Positions 17,330 through 26,701 of a DNA stretch of 64,000 nt are shown piece by piece. The DNA comes from an uncultured Chloroflexia bacterium (GTDB taxonomy: Bacteria > Chloroflexota > Chloroflexia > QHBQ01 > JADMIH01), in NCBI GenBank assembly GCA_963797095.1, contig CAWCNY010000003.1, positions 224,001 through 288,000 on the forward strand. Direction: 5' to 3'. The position numbers and the translations under genes are program-made. Under the pieces are notes generated by a model that saw only the letters and a program-made list of their open reading frames with translations, did no database searches and had not been told where the DNA came from. Position 1 is the first letter of the stretch; every line of letters begins with the position of its first letter.

Positions 17330-19756
17330 ATGGCATCAGTAGCAGAGATCTTCCAAACAATGGAATACGGCCCGGCCCCCGAAGCCGCCAAACCCGGCCT
17401 CGACTGGATCGCGGCCCACCAGCCCTTCGGCCTCTTCATCGACGGCGAATGGCGCAAGCCCACCGGCGACCAATACTTCGACAGCAACAACCCATCCTCG
17501 GGCAAGCCCCTCGCCAAAATCGCCAAAGGCACCGCCGCCGACGTAGACACCGCCGTCAAAGCCGCCCGCAAAGCCTTCCAGACCTGGGGCAAAACCCCCG
17601 GCCACGTCCGCGCCCGCTACATCTATGCCATCGCCCGCCACATCCAGAAGCACTCCCGCCTCTTCGCCGTCATCGAATCCCTGGACAACGGCAAAACCAT
17701 CCGCGAGACGCGCGACATCGACATCCCCCTCGTAGCCCGCCACTTCTACTACCACTCGGGCTGGGCGCAACTCATGGAGACCGAGCTTCCCGGCAGGGTC
17801 CCCGTCGGCGTGGTCGGCCAGATCATCCCCTGGAACTTCCCCCTCCTCATGATGGCCTGGAAGATCGCCCCCGCCCTCGCCATGGGCAACACCGTCGTCC
17901 TCAAACCCGCCTCCTACACCCCCCTCACCGCCCTCCTCTTCGCAGACATCTGCCGCGAGGTCGGCCTCCCGCCCGGCGTGGTCAACATCGTCACAGGCGA
18001 TGCCCGCGACGCAGGCGAAGCCATCCTCTCCCACCCCGACATCAACAAGATCGCCTTCACAGGCTCCACCGACATTGGCCGCCACATCCGCAAAGTCACC
18101 GCCGGCAGCGGCAAGCGCCTCTCCCTCGAATTGGGCGGCAAATCCCCCTTCATCGTCTTCGACAACTCCGACCTCGACAGTGTCGTCGAAGGCGTGGTCG
18201 ACGCCATCTGGTTCAACCAGGGCCAGGTATGCTGCGCAGGCTCGCGCCTCCTCGCCCAGGAAGATATCGCCCCTCGCCTCGAACAGAAACTCCGCGCCCG
18301 CATGGAGCACCTGCAACTCGGCGACCCCCTCGACAAAGCCATGGACATCGGCGCTATAGTCGGCCCTACCCAGCTTCAGGAGATCACTCGCCTCGTCCAG
18401 ATCGGCCAGGACGAAGGTGCCACCATCTGGCAGCCCTCCTGGTCTTGCCCCACCGAAGGCTCCTTCTACCCGCCCACCCTCCTCACCAACGTCTCCCCAG
18501 CCTCCACCCTCGCCCAGACCGAGATCTTCGGCCCAGTCCTCGTCTCCATGACCTTCCGCACCCCCGCCGAAGCCGTCGCCCTCGCCAACAACACCCGCTA
18601 CGGCCTCGCCGCCTCCGTCTGGTCCGAAAACATCAACCTCGCCCTCGACGTAGCCGCCAAAATCAAAGCGGGCACCGTCTGGATCAACTGCACCAACTTC
18701 TTCGACGCCGCCTCAGGCTTCGGCGGCTACCGGGAAAGCGGCTACGGTCGCGAAGGCGGCAAAGAGGGTCTATGGGAATACGTCCGCCCCGCCTGGGAGC
18801 TATCCACTACCGAGCACCCAGTAACAAGCGACCCTCACCCGGTCAAGAAAAACGGCCACAAACCGCAGGAAAACGTACTCGGCACTCGGCACTCGGCGCT
18901 CGGCACTCCTTCCATCGACCGCACCCCCAAGCTCTTCATCGGCGGCAAGCAGGCCCGCCCAAACTCCGGCTACAGCCTCCCCGTCTACGGCCCCAATGGC
19001 GACCAAATAGGCGAGGTGGGCGAAGGCAACCGCAAAGACATCCGCAACGCCGTCGAGGCCGCCCACGCCGCCTCAGGCTGGGCCTCCGCCACAGGCCACA
19101 ACAAAGGCCAGATCCTCTACTACATCGCCGAAAACCTCTCCACCCGCGCCGAAGAATTCGCCCACCGCCTGGTCCTCCAGACCGGATGCTCCCAAAAAGA
19201 AGCCGACGCCGAAGTCGAAGCCTCCATAGAACGTCTCTTCACCTACGCGGCCTACGCCGACAAGTACGACGGCCTCGTCCACCGCACGCCCCTCCGCAAC
19301 ATCACCATCGCCATGCCCGAACCAATCGGCGTCATGGGTATCGTCTGCCCCGAACAATCCCCCCTCCTCGGCTTCGTCTCCCTCGTCGCCCCCGCCATCG
19401 CCATGGGCAACACCGTCGTCGTCATCCCCTCCCAATCCCACCCCCTCAGCGCCACCGACTTCTACCAGATCCTCGAAACCTCCGATGTACCCTCAGGCGT
19501 GGTCAACATAGTCACAGGCCCCAAAGACACCATCGTCAAAGTCCTCGCCGAGCACGACGACGTGGACTCCGTCTGGTACTTCGGCACACCCGAAGGCAGC
19601 AAGATGGTCGAGCTAGCCTCAGCAGGCAACATGAAGCGCACATGGGTCAACTACGGCCACCCCCGCGACTGGACCTCCCCCGAGCAAGGCGAAGGCCAGG
19701 AGTACCTCCGCGAAGCCACCCAGGTCAAAAACATCTGGACCCCTTACGGTGAATAA
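17330..19756 (+). CDS. Double-domain aldehyde dehydrogenase (deoC-associated)
   Basis: IPWNFP, FTGST, LELGGK, GQVCCA, EIFGP, FGGYRESG; second degenerate ALDH domain. Confidence 0.92.
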   Translation: MASVAEIFQTMEYGPAPEAAKPGLDWIAAHQPFGLFIDGEWRKPTGDQYFDSNNPSSGKPLAKIAKGTAADVDTAVKAARKAFQTWGKTPGHVRARYIYAIARHIQKHSRLFAVIESLDNGKTIRETRDIDIPLVARHFYYHSGWAQLMETELPGRVPVGVVGQIIPWNFPLLMMAWKIAPALAMGNTVVLKPASYTPLTALLFADICREVGLPPGVVNIVTGDARDAGEAILSHPDINKIAFTGSTDIGRHIRKVTAGSGKRLSLELGGKSPFIVFDNSDLDSVVEGVVDAIWFNQGQVCCAGSRLLAQEDIAPRLEQKLRARMEHLQLGDPLDKAMDIGAIVGPTQLQEITRLVQIGQDEGATIWQPSWSCPTEGSFYPPTLLTNVSPASTLAQTEIFGPVLVSMTFRTPAEAVALANNTRYGLAASVWSENINLALDVAAKIKAGTVWINCTNFFDAASGFGGYRESGYGREGGKEGLWEYVRPAWELSTTEHPVTSDPHPVKKNGHKPQENVLGTRHSALGTPSIDRTPKLFIGGKQARPNSGYSLPVYGPNGDQIGEVGEGNRKDIRNAVEAAHAASGWASATGHNKGQILYYIAENLSTRAEEFAHRLVLQTGCSQKEADAEVEASIERLFTYAAYADKYDGLVHRTPLRNITIAMPEPIGVMGIVCPEQSPLLGFVSLVAPAIAMGNTVVVIPSQSHPLSATDFYQILETSDVPSGVVNIVTGPKDTIVKVLAEHDDVDSVWYFGTPEGSKMVELASAGNMKRTWVNYGHPRDWTSPEQGEGQEYLREATQVKNIWTPYGE

Positions 19757-19790
19757 TGCCAGTTGGAGCAAGATAAGCGTGCGCACGAAT

Positions 19791-19838
19791 TAGCCCCGGA
19801 GGGGCAAAAGAGAGTAGCCCCATGCGTAAGCGTGGGGT
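19791..19838. repeat. REP-like doublet
   Basis: AGCCCCGGAGGGGC and AGCCCCATGCGTAAGCGTGGGG; similar to 48102-48160. Confidence 0.55.
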
Positions 19839-19857
19839 TCCCGTCAAGGCCCAACAT

Positions 19858-20842
19858 GGGGATCGAGCATCATCGGAGCAGAGAACAACGCTAAGGTGTT
19901 CAGTTTAGTGGACAATTTGGCTGGCAAACTGTATGATCTGGGCCATGAAGAGCCATGAGAGTCCACAAGCGTTCCGCCAACGGGTTCTGAGGCAACAGCG
20001 GATACTTACTCGGCTTCGCCTGGCCGCAACCCACCTTGCCGATGCCCAGTTGGAGCGCACCTGGGCTATCGTTTCGGCTCATCAGCAGGGGCTATCCGTC
20101 CGCCAAATAGCCGCTGCTACTGGCCTCAGTGCTGCTCGCGTCCATCAACTACTCAGTAGCGCAGATGCTCAGCAAATCCCTCGCTGGCTCTCTCGCTTGC
20201 GCGAGGAACAAGGAGAGGAGGGAGCGGCCCAACCTGAGCAGACCAGCCAGCTATCCTTGACTGATGAACAGTCCCCATCGCCACAGCCACAGCCACAGCC
20301 AACTCAAATTCCAGCATCATCCCAATCACTCCGACCGCTCCAATCGTCGGAGTTGGAAGCAGAATTGGAAGCAGAAGTAGCAGTGCTACGCCGGTGTATC
20401 GGTTGGCTCGAGCAACTGGAGCGAGGGGAGATGGTGGTAGTGAATATGCACCTGGAAACCGATGCTGAGACCGAGTATGTGCGCTTCGACGGGGAGAGGG
20501 TGCGTCGGATACTGGAGAGGATAGCAGCAGATGTGGAGAAGTTAGCCCATCAAGGGCGAGAAGGAAGCACACAAGCACCGACCAACGTCTCAGCTCTCCC
20601 ACAAGGGGAACAGACCCAACCACACGCACAGCCACAACGGCAAGAAGAGGACGCACTCGCAAGGCATCGCCACCGACTGGCGGAACCACCTCCCAAGGAA
20701 CGGAACCTCAGTCCCAAAGAAGAACGGGCAGCTCTACGAGCCAAACTAGGTTTACCTCCAAAATAAGATACAGCGCGCTCAGTGTTGTTCACTAAACTGA
20801 ACACCTTAGCGTTGTTCTCTGCTCCGATGATGCTCGATCCCC
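19858..20842. mobile_element. Non-autonomous Tn3-family element (985 bp)
   Basis: Perfect 38-bp terminal IR GGGGATCGAGCATCATCGGAGCAGAGAACAACGCTAAG at 19858-19895 and 20805-20842, extending to 58 bp with one mismatch; no transposase inside; flanks AACAT/ATCTG are not a TSD. Confidence 0.9.
19933..20766 (+). CDS. Hypothetical HTH protein inside the Tn3-type element
   Basis: GLSVRQIAAATGLSAARVHQLL helix-turn-helix; Q/P-rich linkers. Confidence 0.7.
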   Translation: MIWAMKSHESPQAFRQRVLRQQRILTRLRLAATHLADAQLERTWAIVSAHQQGLSVRQIAAATGLSAARVHQLLSSADAQQIPRWLSRLREEQGEEGAAQPEQTSQLSLTDEQSPSPQPQPQPTQIPASSQSLRPLQSSELEAELEAEVAVLRRCIGWLEQLERGEMVVVNMHLETDAETEYVRFDGERVRRILERIAADVEKLAHQGREGSTQAPTNVSALPQGEQTQPHAQPQRQEEDALARHRHRLAEPPPKERNLSPKEERAALRAKLGLPPK

Positions 20843-21069
20843 ATCTGGGTGCTTTCCCTGCACACGAATTTGTGGCGCTCGCCTTTGCCCAACACTACGC
20901 TCATACGGGCGGCAAGCCGCAGCGAGATGCAATATATCACCTGTACCGATTCTACGGCCCCAGGACGGGCCGCGACATCATGAGCTACATACGCATCATC
21001 ACAGTGGGCAACCTGGCGGGCAATAGCGTCGATGCTCTATTGGACAAGATCATGAGGCGGTTCAGATAG
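20843..21069 (+). pseudogene. 3' remnant of an AhpD/carboxymuconolactone decarboxylase-like gene
   Basis: EFVALAFAQHYA..YIRIITVGNLAGNSVD begins exactly at the IR boundary; family assignment from recalled similarity. Confidence 0.5.
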
Positions 21070-21209
21070 GCCATGGTCCTGGTATGTTGTTTACCCGTAT
21101 ATACTCGAATTTACACTTTTAGCCTTCATACTGCTCTATATCATTCACAATTTTATAGATCGCCGTACCGCTACACTCTGTGATGGCGCGAACCCGAACT
21201 CATACACGA

Positions 21210-21254
21210 TCTGCACTTGGTCTCCATCAAGTCTCCATATCTGCCCGCTAAACT
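21210..21254 (+). promoter_or_regulatory. Putative OmpR-family binding array and -10
   Basis: TCTGCAC/TCTCCAT/TCTCCAT at 21210, 21221, 21232 (11-bp period), then TAAACT 21249-21254. Confidence 0.5.
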
Positions 21255-21320
21255 GTAACCAGAAGGCCGGAAACACAGACCGGTTTCAATAAAGAAGGTA
21301 GATAAGAAAGGGGACAGAAA

Positions 21321-21983
21321 ATGAAAACCAGAATCGTTGCAATAATAGCGGGATTGGCAGCCTTGCTCCTGATGGCCGTTGCAGTAGCACCCGGCGTGCT
21401 TGCTCAGGCACCAACACCCACGACACCCACGACACCCACGACCGCCCAGAATGGCAACGGCAACGGGAATGGCTACGGGGCGGGAAACGGCGGCGGGATG
21501 ATGGCCGGCACACGGAATGGAACAGGAATGGGCATGGGCGCGATGATGGGAGGAACGGGCTTGTCGCTAATTGACGTGGCTGCCGACAAGCTGGGGATGA
21601 CCCGCGCCGACCTGGTGGCCACCCTCGGCGGTACCAGGAGCATTGCCCAGGTGGCTGGTGAGCGTAACGTAGCAGTCAGCACCATTGTTGATGCCTTCCT
21701 CGCCCCCAGGGCCGAGCGGATGGACGCAATGGTAACGGCAGGTAGGCTCACACGCGAGCAGGCCGACCTGATGCTTGCCACGATGCGCACGCAGGTCACC
21801 GAGCAGATAAACGAGATCTGGGCTCCGCAGGGAGCTGGTACCGGCACCGGCACTGGCACGGGCACCGGATACGTTGACAGCGACGGCGATGGTGTATGCG
21901 ACAACATGCCTTCCAATGGCAATAGCAACGGCAACGGCAATGGCCGCGGGATGCACGGACCGGGCATGGGGCCGAACCGGTAA
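21321..21983 (+). CDS. Secreted Gly/Met-rich protein associated with a two-component system
   Basis: Signal peptide; AADKLGMT..SIAQVA helical core; NGNG/GTGT repeats; DSDGDGVCDN loop. Confidence 0.75.
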   Translation: MKTRIVAIIAGLAALLLMAVAVAPGVLAQAPTPTTPTTPTTAQNGNGNGNGYGAGNGGGMMAGTRNGTGMGMGAMMGGTGLSLIDVAADKLGMTRADLVATLGGTRSIAQVAGERNVAVSTIVDAFLAPRAERMDAMVTAGRLTREQADLMLATMRTQVTEQINEIWAPQGAGTGTGTGTGTGYVDSDGDGVCDNMPSNGNSNGNGNGRGMHGPGMGPNR

Positions 21984-22016
21984 TGATGAAAGCACCGGAT
22001 GGGAAGCTGTAGATAA

Positions 22017-22067
22017 AACCTCCATGGCAGACGTTGGATGTCCGATCCAACGTCTGCCATGGAGGTT
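22017..22067. terminator. Perfect 23-bp inverted repeat (terminator or transcript-stabilising hairpin)
   Basis: AACCTCCATGGCAGACGTTGGAT-GTCCG-ATCCAACGTCTGCCATGGAGGTT; no long U-tract. Confidence 0.6.
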
Positions 22068-22102
22068 CAACAGGCATTCAAGAAGTACCTAACAGGCATA
22101 AC

Positions 22103-22831
22103 ATGACACAACGTATACTTATCGTAGATGATGACAGGCAGATCGTGCGGCTCGTCGGCTCTTATCTTGAGCAGGCGGGCTTCCAGGTATCGACGGCTTA
22201 CGACGGTGAAAGTGCCCTGCGTGAGGTGCGAAGCGCCAGGCCCGATCTCGTGGTGCTAGACCTCATGCTGCCCGACCGCGACGGTTGGGAGGTAACGCGC
22301 TCCATTCGCTCAGATGCAGCTGTTGAAGCCACCCCCATCATCATGCTCACGGCACGTATTGAGGATACCGATAAGATCATCGGGCTGGAAGTTGGCGCTG
22401 ACGACTATATCACAAAGCCTTTCAACCCGCGTGAGGTCGTGGCCAGGGTACGCGCGGTGCTGCGCCGCACATCAGGAGGCCCGGTTCTACCCAGTGTGCT
22501 CACCGCCGGCGATATTGTCATGGACCTCGACCGGCACGTTGTGAATATCGGTGAGACCCACGTCGAGCTTACCCCAGCGGAGTTCGGCCTGCTCAAAACT
22601 TTCATGGAGAACCCGGAGCACGCTTTCACACGCTCACAGCTCATAGATAAGGGGCTTGGCTACAGCTACGAAGGTATGGAGCGAACGGTCGACAGCCATA
22701 TCAAGAATCTACGCAAGAAGATCGAATCCGATCCCGCGAGGCCCGCCTATATACAATCGGTGTTCGGGGTGGGTTACCGGTTACACCTGCGGGAGGAGAA
22801 ACCGGCACCAGAAAAGAGCACACACAGATGA
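22103..22831 (+). CDS. OmpR-family response regulator
   Basis: ILIVDDD, LDLMLP, GADDYITKPF, RTVDSHIKNLRKK, VFGVGYR. Confidence 0.95.
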   Translation: MTQRILIVDDDRQIVRLVGSYLEQAGFQVSTAYDGESALREVRSARPDLVVLDLMLPDRDGWEVTRSIRSDAAVEATPIIMLTARIEDTDKIIGLEVGADDYITKPFNPREVVARVRAVLRRTSGGPVLPSVLTAGDIVMDLDRHVVNIGETHVELTPAEFGLLKTFMENPEHAFTRSQLIDKGLGYSYEGMERTVDSHIKNLRKKIESDPARPAYIQSVFGVGYRLHLREEKPAPEKSTHR

Positions 22832-24381
22832 ATACTCTGTGGGTAAGGCTGACTGTTGCGTTCACAAGCGCCACGCTTGTCAGCATAGTGACAGTTGCCC
22901 TGGTGACCAACAGCCAGGTAAGCGCCGATTTTCGCCGCTTCTATATGCACAGTCAGGTCCAGCAATCCGGGCTTGTGGAGCGGCTGGGAGAATATTACGG
23001 CAATACCGGCAGTTGGAATGGGGTAGAAGCCGTGCTCGCCGGAACCGGTCAGGGTACTGGTACCGGTCAGGGTGCAGGCCGCGGGGCAGGACAGGGTATG
23101 GGACAGGGGCAGGGGCAGGGGCAGGGGCAGGGCATGGGTATGATGTACGGTGCCCCGGGCTACACGCTGCTCGACGCGGGCAGAAGCGTGGTGTACAGCA
23201 CCACGGGAACGGGCACAGGGAACGCCGCTCACATAAGCCAGGCCGACCTTGACGACGCGCTGCCAATCGCATGGCAGGGGCAAACCGTTGGATACCTGGC
23301 CCTCGATTCACCGGGGCGCGACGATATGGGTATGAGCGCACCCGCCCAGCTTTTCCTGACGCAAGTCAACACCTCGCTGTGGCAGGCCGCACTGTTCGCG
23401 GTGGCATTGGCCCTGGTGCTTGGTCTCTTGATGGCGCGGGGCCTTTCTGCCCCGCTGGATCGCCTGTCGACGGCTGCCAGGCGGATAGCACGCGGCGATT
23501 TAGACCAGCGCGTCTCGGCTGCCGGACCCATAGGCGGTACGCGAGAGGTAGCAGGTCTCGCTTTGGCGTTCAACGATATGGCACAAAACCTGCGCCAGGC
23601 CGAGCAGTTGCGTAGAAATATGGTGGCGGACATCGCCCACGAGCTGCGCACACCTCTTACCGTGCTCCAGGGCAATCTCCAGGCAATCCTCGACGGCGTG
23701 TACCCGCTCGACAAGAACGAAATTGCGGCCATTCACGAGGAGACACTCATACTAAGCAGGCTTGTGGGCGACCTGCATGAACTCTCGCAGGCGGAAGCCG
23801 GACAACTCAAATTGGACATGCAGCCGACCGATATTGCCCCTCTTGTTGAGAGCGTGGTCGCGATGTTCAGGGAAGCCGCGGCAGACAAGCAGATCGCCCT
23901 GGAAATTGATGTTCCCGGTCATAACGAGCGCATGGAGTCCAGACTCTTCGCAGTGGCCGACGCAGACCGTACGCGGCAGATCGTCCACAATCTCCTGGCA
24001 AACGCTCTTCAGCACACCCCGCCGGGAGGCAGAATCGTCGTGCGCGTAGCTCGAGGGGATGTGTCGCGCGTGGATGTGCCGCAGAAAGTTGGCCCCAGCC
24101 TGGATACCCTCGACTCGGCAGACGCCATTAAGGTATCGGTGCTGGACACAGGTGTGGGCATGTCGGCCGAAGAGCTACCTCATGTATTCGACCGCTTCTG
24201 GCGGGCCGACAGGTCGCGATCCAGAGAGCGTGGCGGATCGGGCCTGGGGCTTGCCATCGCCCGTTACCTGGTGGAAGGCCAGGGAGGGCAGATAGGTGCG
24301 GAGAGTGAGATAGGCAAGGGCAGTTGCTTCTGGTTTAGCCTGCCCTCTGTAAAGAGCGTCACTTTGGTCACAGGCTCATAG
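22828..24381 (+). CDS. HAMP sensor histidine kinase (BaeS-like)
   Basis: Two TMs, HAMP, AHELRTPL H-box, NLLANA, DTGVG, GSGLGL; GQ-repeat in the extracellular loop. Confidence 0.95.
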   Translation: MNTLWVRLTVAFTSATLVSIVTVALVTNSQVSADFRRFYMHSQVQQSGLVERLGEYYGNTGSWNGVEAVLAGTGQGTGTGQGAGRGAGQGMGQGQGQGQGQGMGMMYGAPGYTLLDAGRSVVYSTTGTGTGNAAHISQADLDDALPIAWQGQTVGYLALDSPGRDDMGMSAPAQLFLTQVNTSLWQAALFAVALALVLGLLMARGLSAPLDRLSTAARRIARGDLDQRVSAAGPIGGTREVAGLALAFNDMAQNLRQAEQLRRNMVADIAHELRTPLTVLQGNLQAILDGVYPLDKNEIAAIHEETLILSRLVGDLHELSQAEAGQLKLDMQPTDIAPLVESVVAMFREAAADKQIALEIDVPGHNERMESRLFAVADADRTRQIVHNLLANALQHTPPGGRIVVRVARGDVSRVDVPQKVGPSLDTLDSADAIKVSVLDTGVGMSAEELPHVFDRFWRADRSRSRERGGSGLGLAIARYLVEGQGGQIGAESEIGKGSCFWFSLPSVKSVTLVTGS

Positions 24382-24495
24382 CGTGTTGTCCTTTTAACCT
24401 GTCTGCTTTATTGTTGTGCCATGCACACATGTACAGCAGTTGCAGTCTCTCCGTGACATTCCGAGAAGTTCGGACTGAAAGGCAAAATCAATAGA

Positions 24496-26262
24496 ATGAA
24501 AACAGTGATTGTTGGCGGGGTAGCCGCGGGCATGTCCGCTGCGGCACGCTTGCGGCGTCTCGATGAGAGTGCAGAAATTGTCGTGCTTGAGCGGGACCAT
24601 TACGTCTCCTATGCCAATTGCGGCCTGCCATACCATATTGGAGGCGAGATTGAGGACCGCGAGAAGTTGCTCATCGTAACGCCCGACCATCTGCGCACTA
24701 CGCTCGCGATCGATGTGCGCACCGGGCACGAGGTCACAGCGATTGACCGCGCTGCCAGGAGAGTGGCCGTGCGCGAAAAGGCGGACGGCAGGGACGGTAC
24801 GGAGGGTATGAAAGGCAAGGTGTACACCGAATCGTACGATACACTCGTGCTCGCGCTGGGCGGCGAGCCGGTTCGCCCGCTGGTGCCCGGTATCGACCAC
24901 CCGCGCATCTTTACACTGCGCACCATCCCGGACATGGACCTCATCAAAGCACAGGTTGATAACGGTGCCCGGCGCGCTGTGGTGATCGGTGCAAGCTATA
25001 TCGGGATCGAGATGGTGGAGGCGCTGCACCGGCGCGGCCTCTCGGTCGACCTGGTCGAGTTGCAGGATCAGGTAATGCCCTTGCTCGACGAGGAGATGGC
25101 TGCTGACCTCAGCTACCACATGGAGTACCGCGGCGTCACACTCCACCTTGGCACTGCCGCACAGTCATTTGCTGATATGGCAGGGCGCGTCGAAGTATCG
25201 CTCGCTAACGGTGTGACGCTGCTTGCAGATATGGTGGTCATGGCTGTAGGTGTGCGCCCGGCAACCAATCTTGCAAAGGAGGCCGGGTTGGAGCTTGGGC
25301 CTCGCGGTGGGCTCAAGGTCGATGCGCATATGCGCACCTCCGACCCCAACATTTACGCTGTAGGCGATATGGTTGAGGTGATCGATACAGTAACTGGTGA
25401 GCCTGCGATCATCGCGCTGGCAGGGCCTGCGAACAGGCAGGGCCGTATCGTGGCCGAGAACATAGCAGGGAGGGAGAGCCGTTACACCACCACGCAGGGT
25501 ACGGCCATCGTCAGGGTCCTCGATATGGTTTGTGCGGTCACCGGCGCGTCAGAGAAGGCGCTGCAGCAAGTCGGGCGTCCCTACCGTAAGATCTATCTGC
25601 ACCCATCCAGCCATGCCGGCTATTATCCGGGCGCGTCATCAATGCACCTGAAATTGCTGTTCGCACCGGACGACGGCAGATTGCTCGGCGCGCAGATAGT
25701 GGGCTTCGACGGTGTGGACAAGCGTATCGACGTGCTGGCAACTGCCATCCGAGCCGAAATGACGGTTTATGACCTGGAGCAACTTGAGTTGGCCTATGCT
25801 CCACCCTACGGCTCGGCTAAAGACCCGATCAATATGGCCGGATTTGTTGCCTCCAACCTGCTTCGGGGAGACGTAACTTTCTGGTACGCCGAGGACTATC
25901 CAGAAGCTATTGTGGACGCAATGATCGTGGACGTGCGCGGTCAGCAGGAATATGACGAGTGGCACATAGATGGAGCGTTCCATTTTCCACTTACGGATTT
26001 GCGCGGCCGTTTGGAAGAGTTACGCGCGCAGGCGGGCGGACGGCGTGTGCTGCTCTATTGCACGGTCGGCTTCCGCAGCTACCTGGCGTATCGCATCCTC
26101 GTGCAGAGCGGCTTCAAAAGCGTTGCCACGCTGGCGGGCGGCGGGCAGACCTTTGCTGGCTATCATCCCTCTCCACTGGCGACCGGGCGCCCACCAGAAC
26201 CGTTTGTCTCTCATGCCGAAGAGGACATTCATGCGCAATATGAACTGGTGGGAGACATGTAG
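24496..26262 (+). CDS. CoA-disulfide reductase-rhodanese fusion (CoADR-RHD / persulfide reductase-like)
   Basis: GGVAAG, SYANCGLPY, ELAYAPPY; C-terminal rhodanese YCTVGFRS. Confidence 0.92.
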   Translation: MKTVIVGGVAAGMSAAARLRRLDESAEIVVLERDHYVSYANCGLPYHIGGEIEDREKLLIVTPDHLRTTLAIDVRTGHEVTAIDRAARRVAVREKADGRDGTEGMKGKVYTESYDTLVLALGGEPVRPLVPGIDHPRIFTLRTIPDMDLIKAQVDNGARRAVVIGASYIGIEMVEALHRRGLSVDLVELQDQVMPLLDEEMAADLSYHMEYRGVTLHLGTAAQSFADMAGRVEVSLANGVTLLADMVVMAVGVRPATNLAKEAGLELGPRGGLKVDAHMRTSDPNIYAVGDMVEVIDTVTGEPAIIALAGPANRQGRIVAENIAGRESRYTTTQGTAIVRVLDMVCAVTGASEKALQQVGRPYRKIYLHPSSHAGYYPGASSMHLKLLFAPDDGRLLGAQIVGFDGVDKRIDVLATAIRAEMTVYDLEQLELAYAPPYGSAKDPINMAGFVASNLLRGDVTFWYAEDYPEAIVDAMIVDVRGQQEYDEWHIDGAFHFPLTDLRGRLEELRAQAGGRRVLLYCTVGFRSYLAYRILVQSGFKSVATLAGGGQTFAGYHPSPLATGRPPEPFVSHAEEDIHAQYELVGDM

Positions 26263-26268
26263 AAAGGG

Positions 26269-26298
26269 TGTAACCTTTTCGCGACTCTCTGCATCTAA
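26269..26298 (+). promoter_or_regulatory. Possible ECF-sigma promoter
   Basis: TGTAACC followed 16 nt later by CATCTA, upstream of the FmdB-ECF-anti-sigma genes. Confidence 0.35.
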
Positions 26299-26385
26299 CT
26301 GATTAGAGGGAAGTTGATGCGCCCACAACAACCAGCAATTGGTGGGTACGATACGTACGACACAGGCGCGATAAGGGACAGATAT

Positions 26386-26619
26386 ATGCCGATTTACGAG
26401 TACAGGTGCGAAGGATGCGGGCATAGGTTCGAAGCGTGGCTGCGCTCTTCGCAAAGCCACGAACCGGCCGAATGCCCGAGCTGCAACGAGAGAGCGATCA
26501 AGCGGATGCCTTCGCTCTTCGGCACGACCAGCACTACCAGGCCGGCAAGCACGTTGGGAGCTATGGGAGCTCTGTCCGGCACGGTCCATAGCTCTTGTGG
26601 ACCTGCGGCGAGCGGCTGA
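26386..26619 (+). CDS. FmdB-family zinc-ribbon protein
   Basis: MPIYEYRCEGCGHRFE..CPSC. Confidence 0.9.
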   Translation: MPIYEYRCEGCGHRFEAWLRSSQSHEPAECPSCNERAIKRMPSLFGTTSTTRPASTLGAMGALSGTVHSSCGPAASG

Positions 26620-26701
26620 GCACCTCGCAGGCGGTCGTGAACCGCCCTGAGAGAGTGTGTATGATTAGGAAGCTAGAGACTTATACTCAGAGTTCTCATG
26701 A

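Noticed and set aside
17449-19752. 767-aa Arg/Pro-rich ORF
   Set aside because: Alternative-frame artefact of third-position C bias in the ALDH gene
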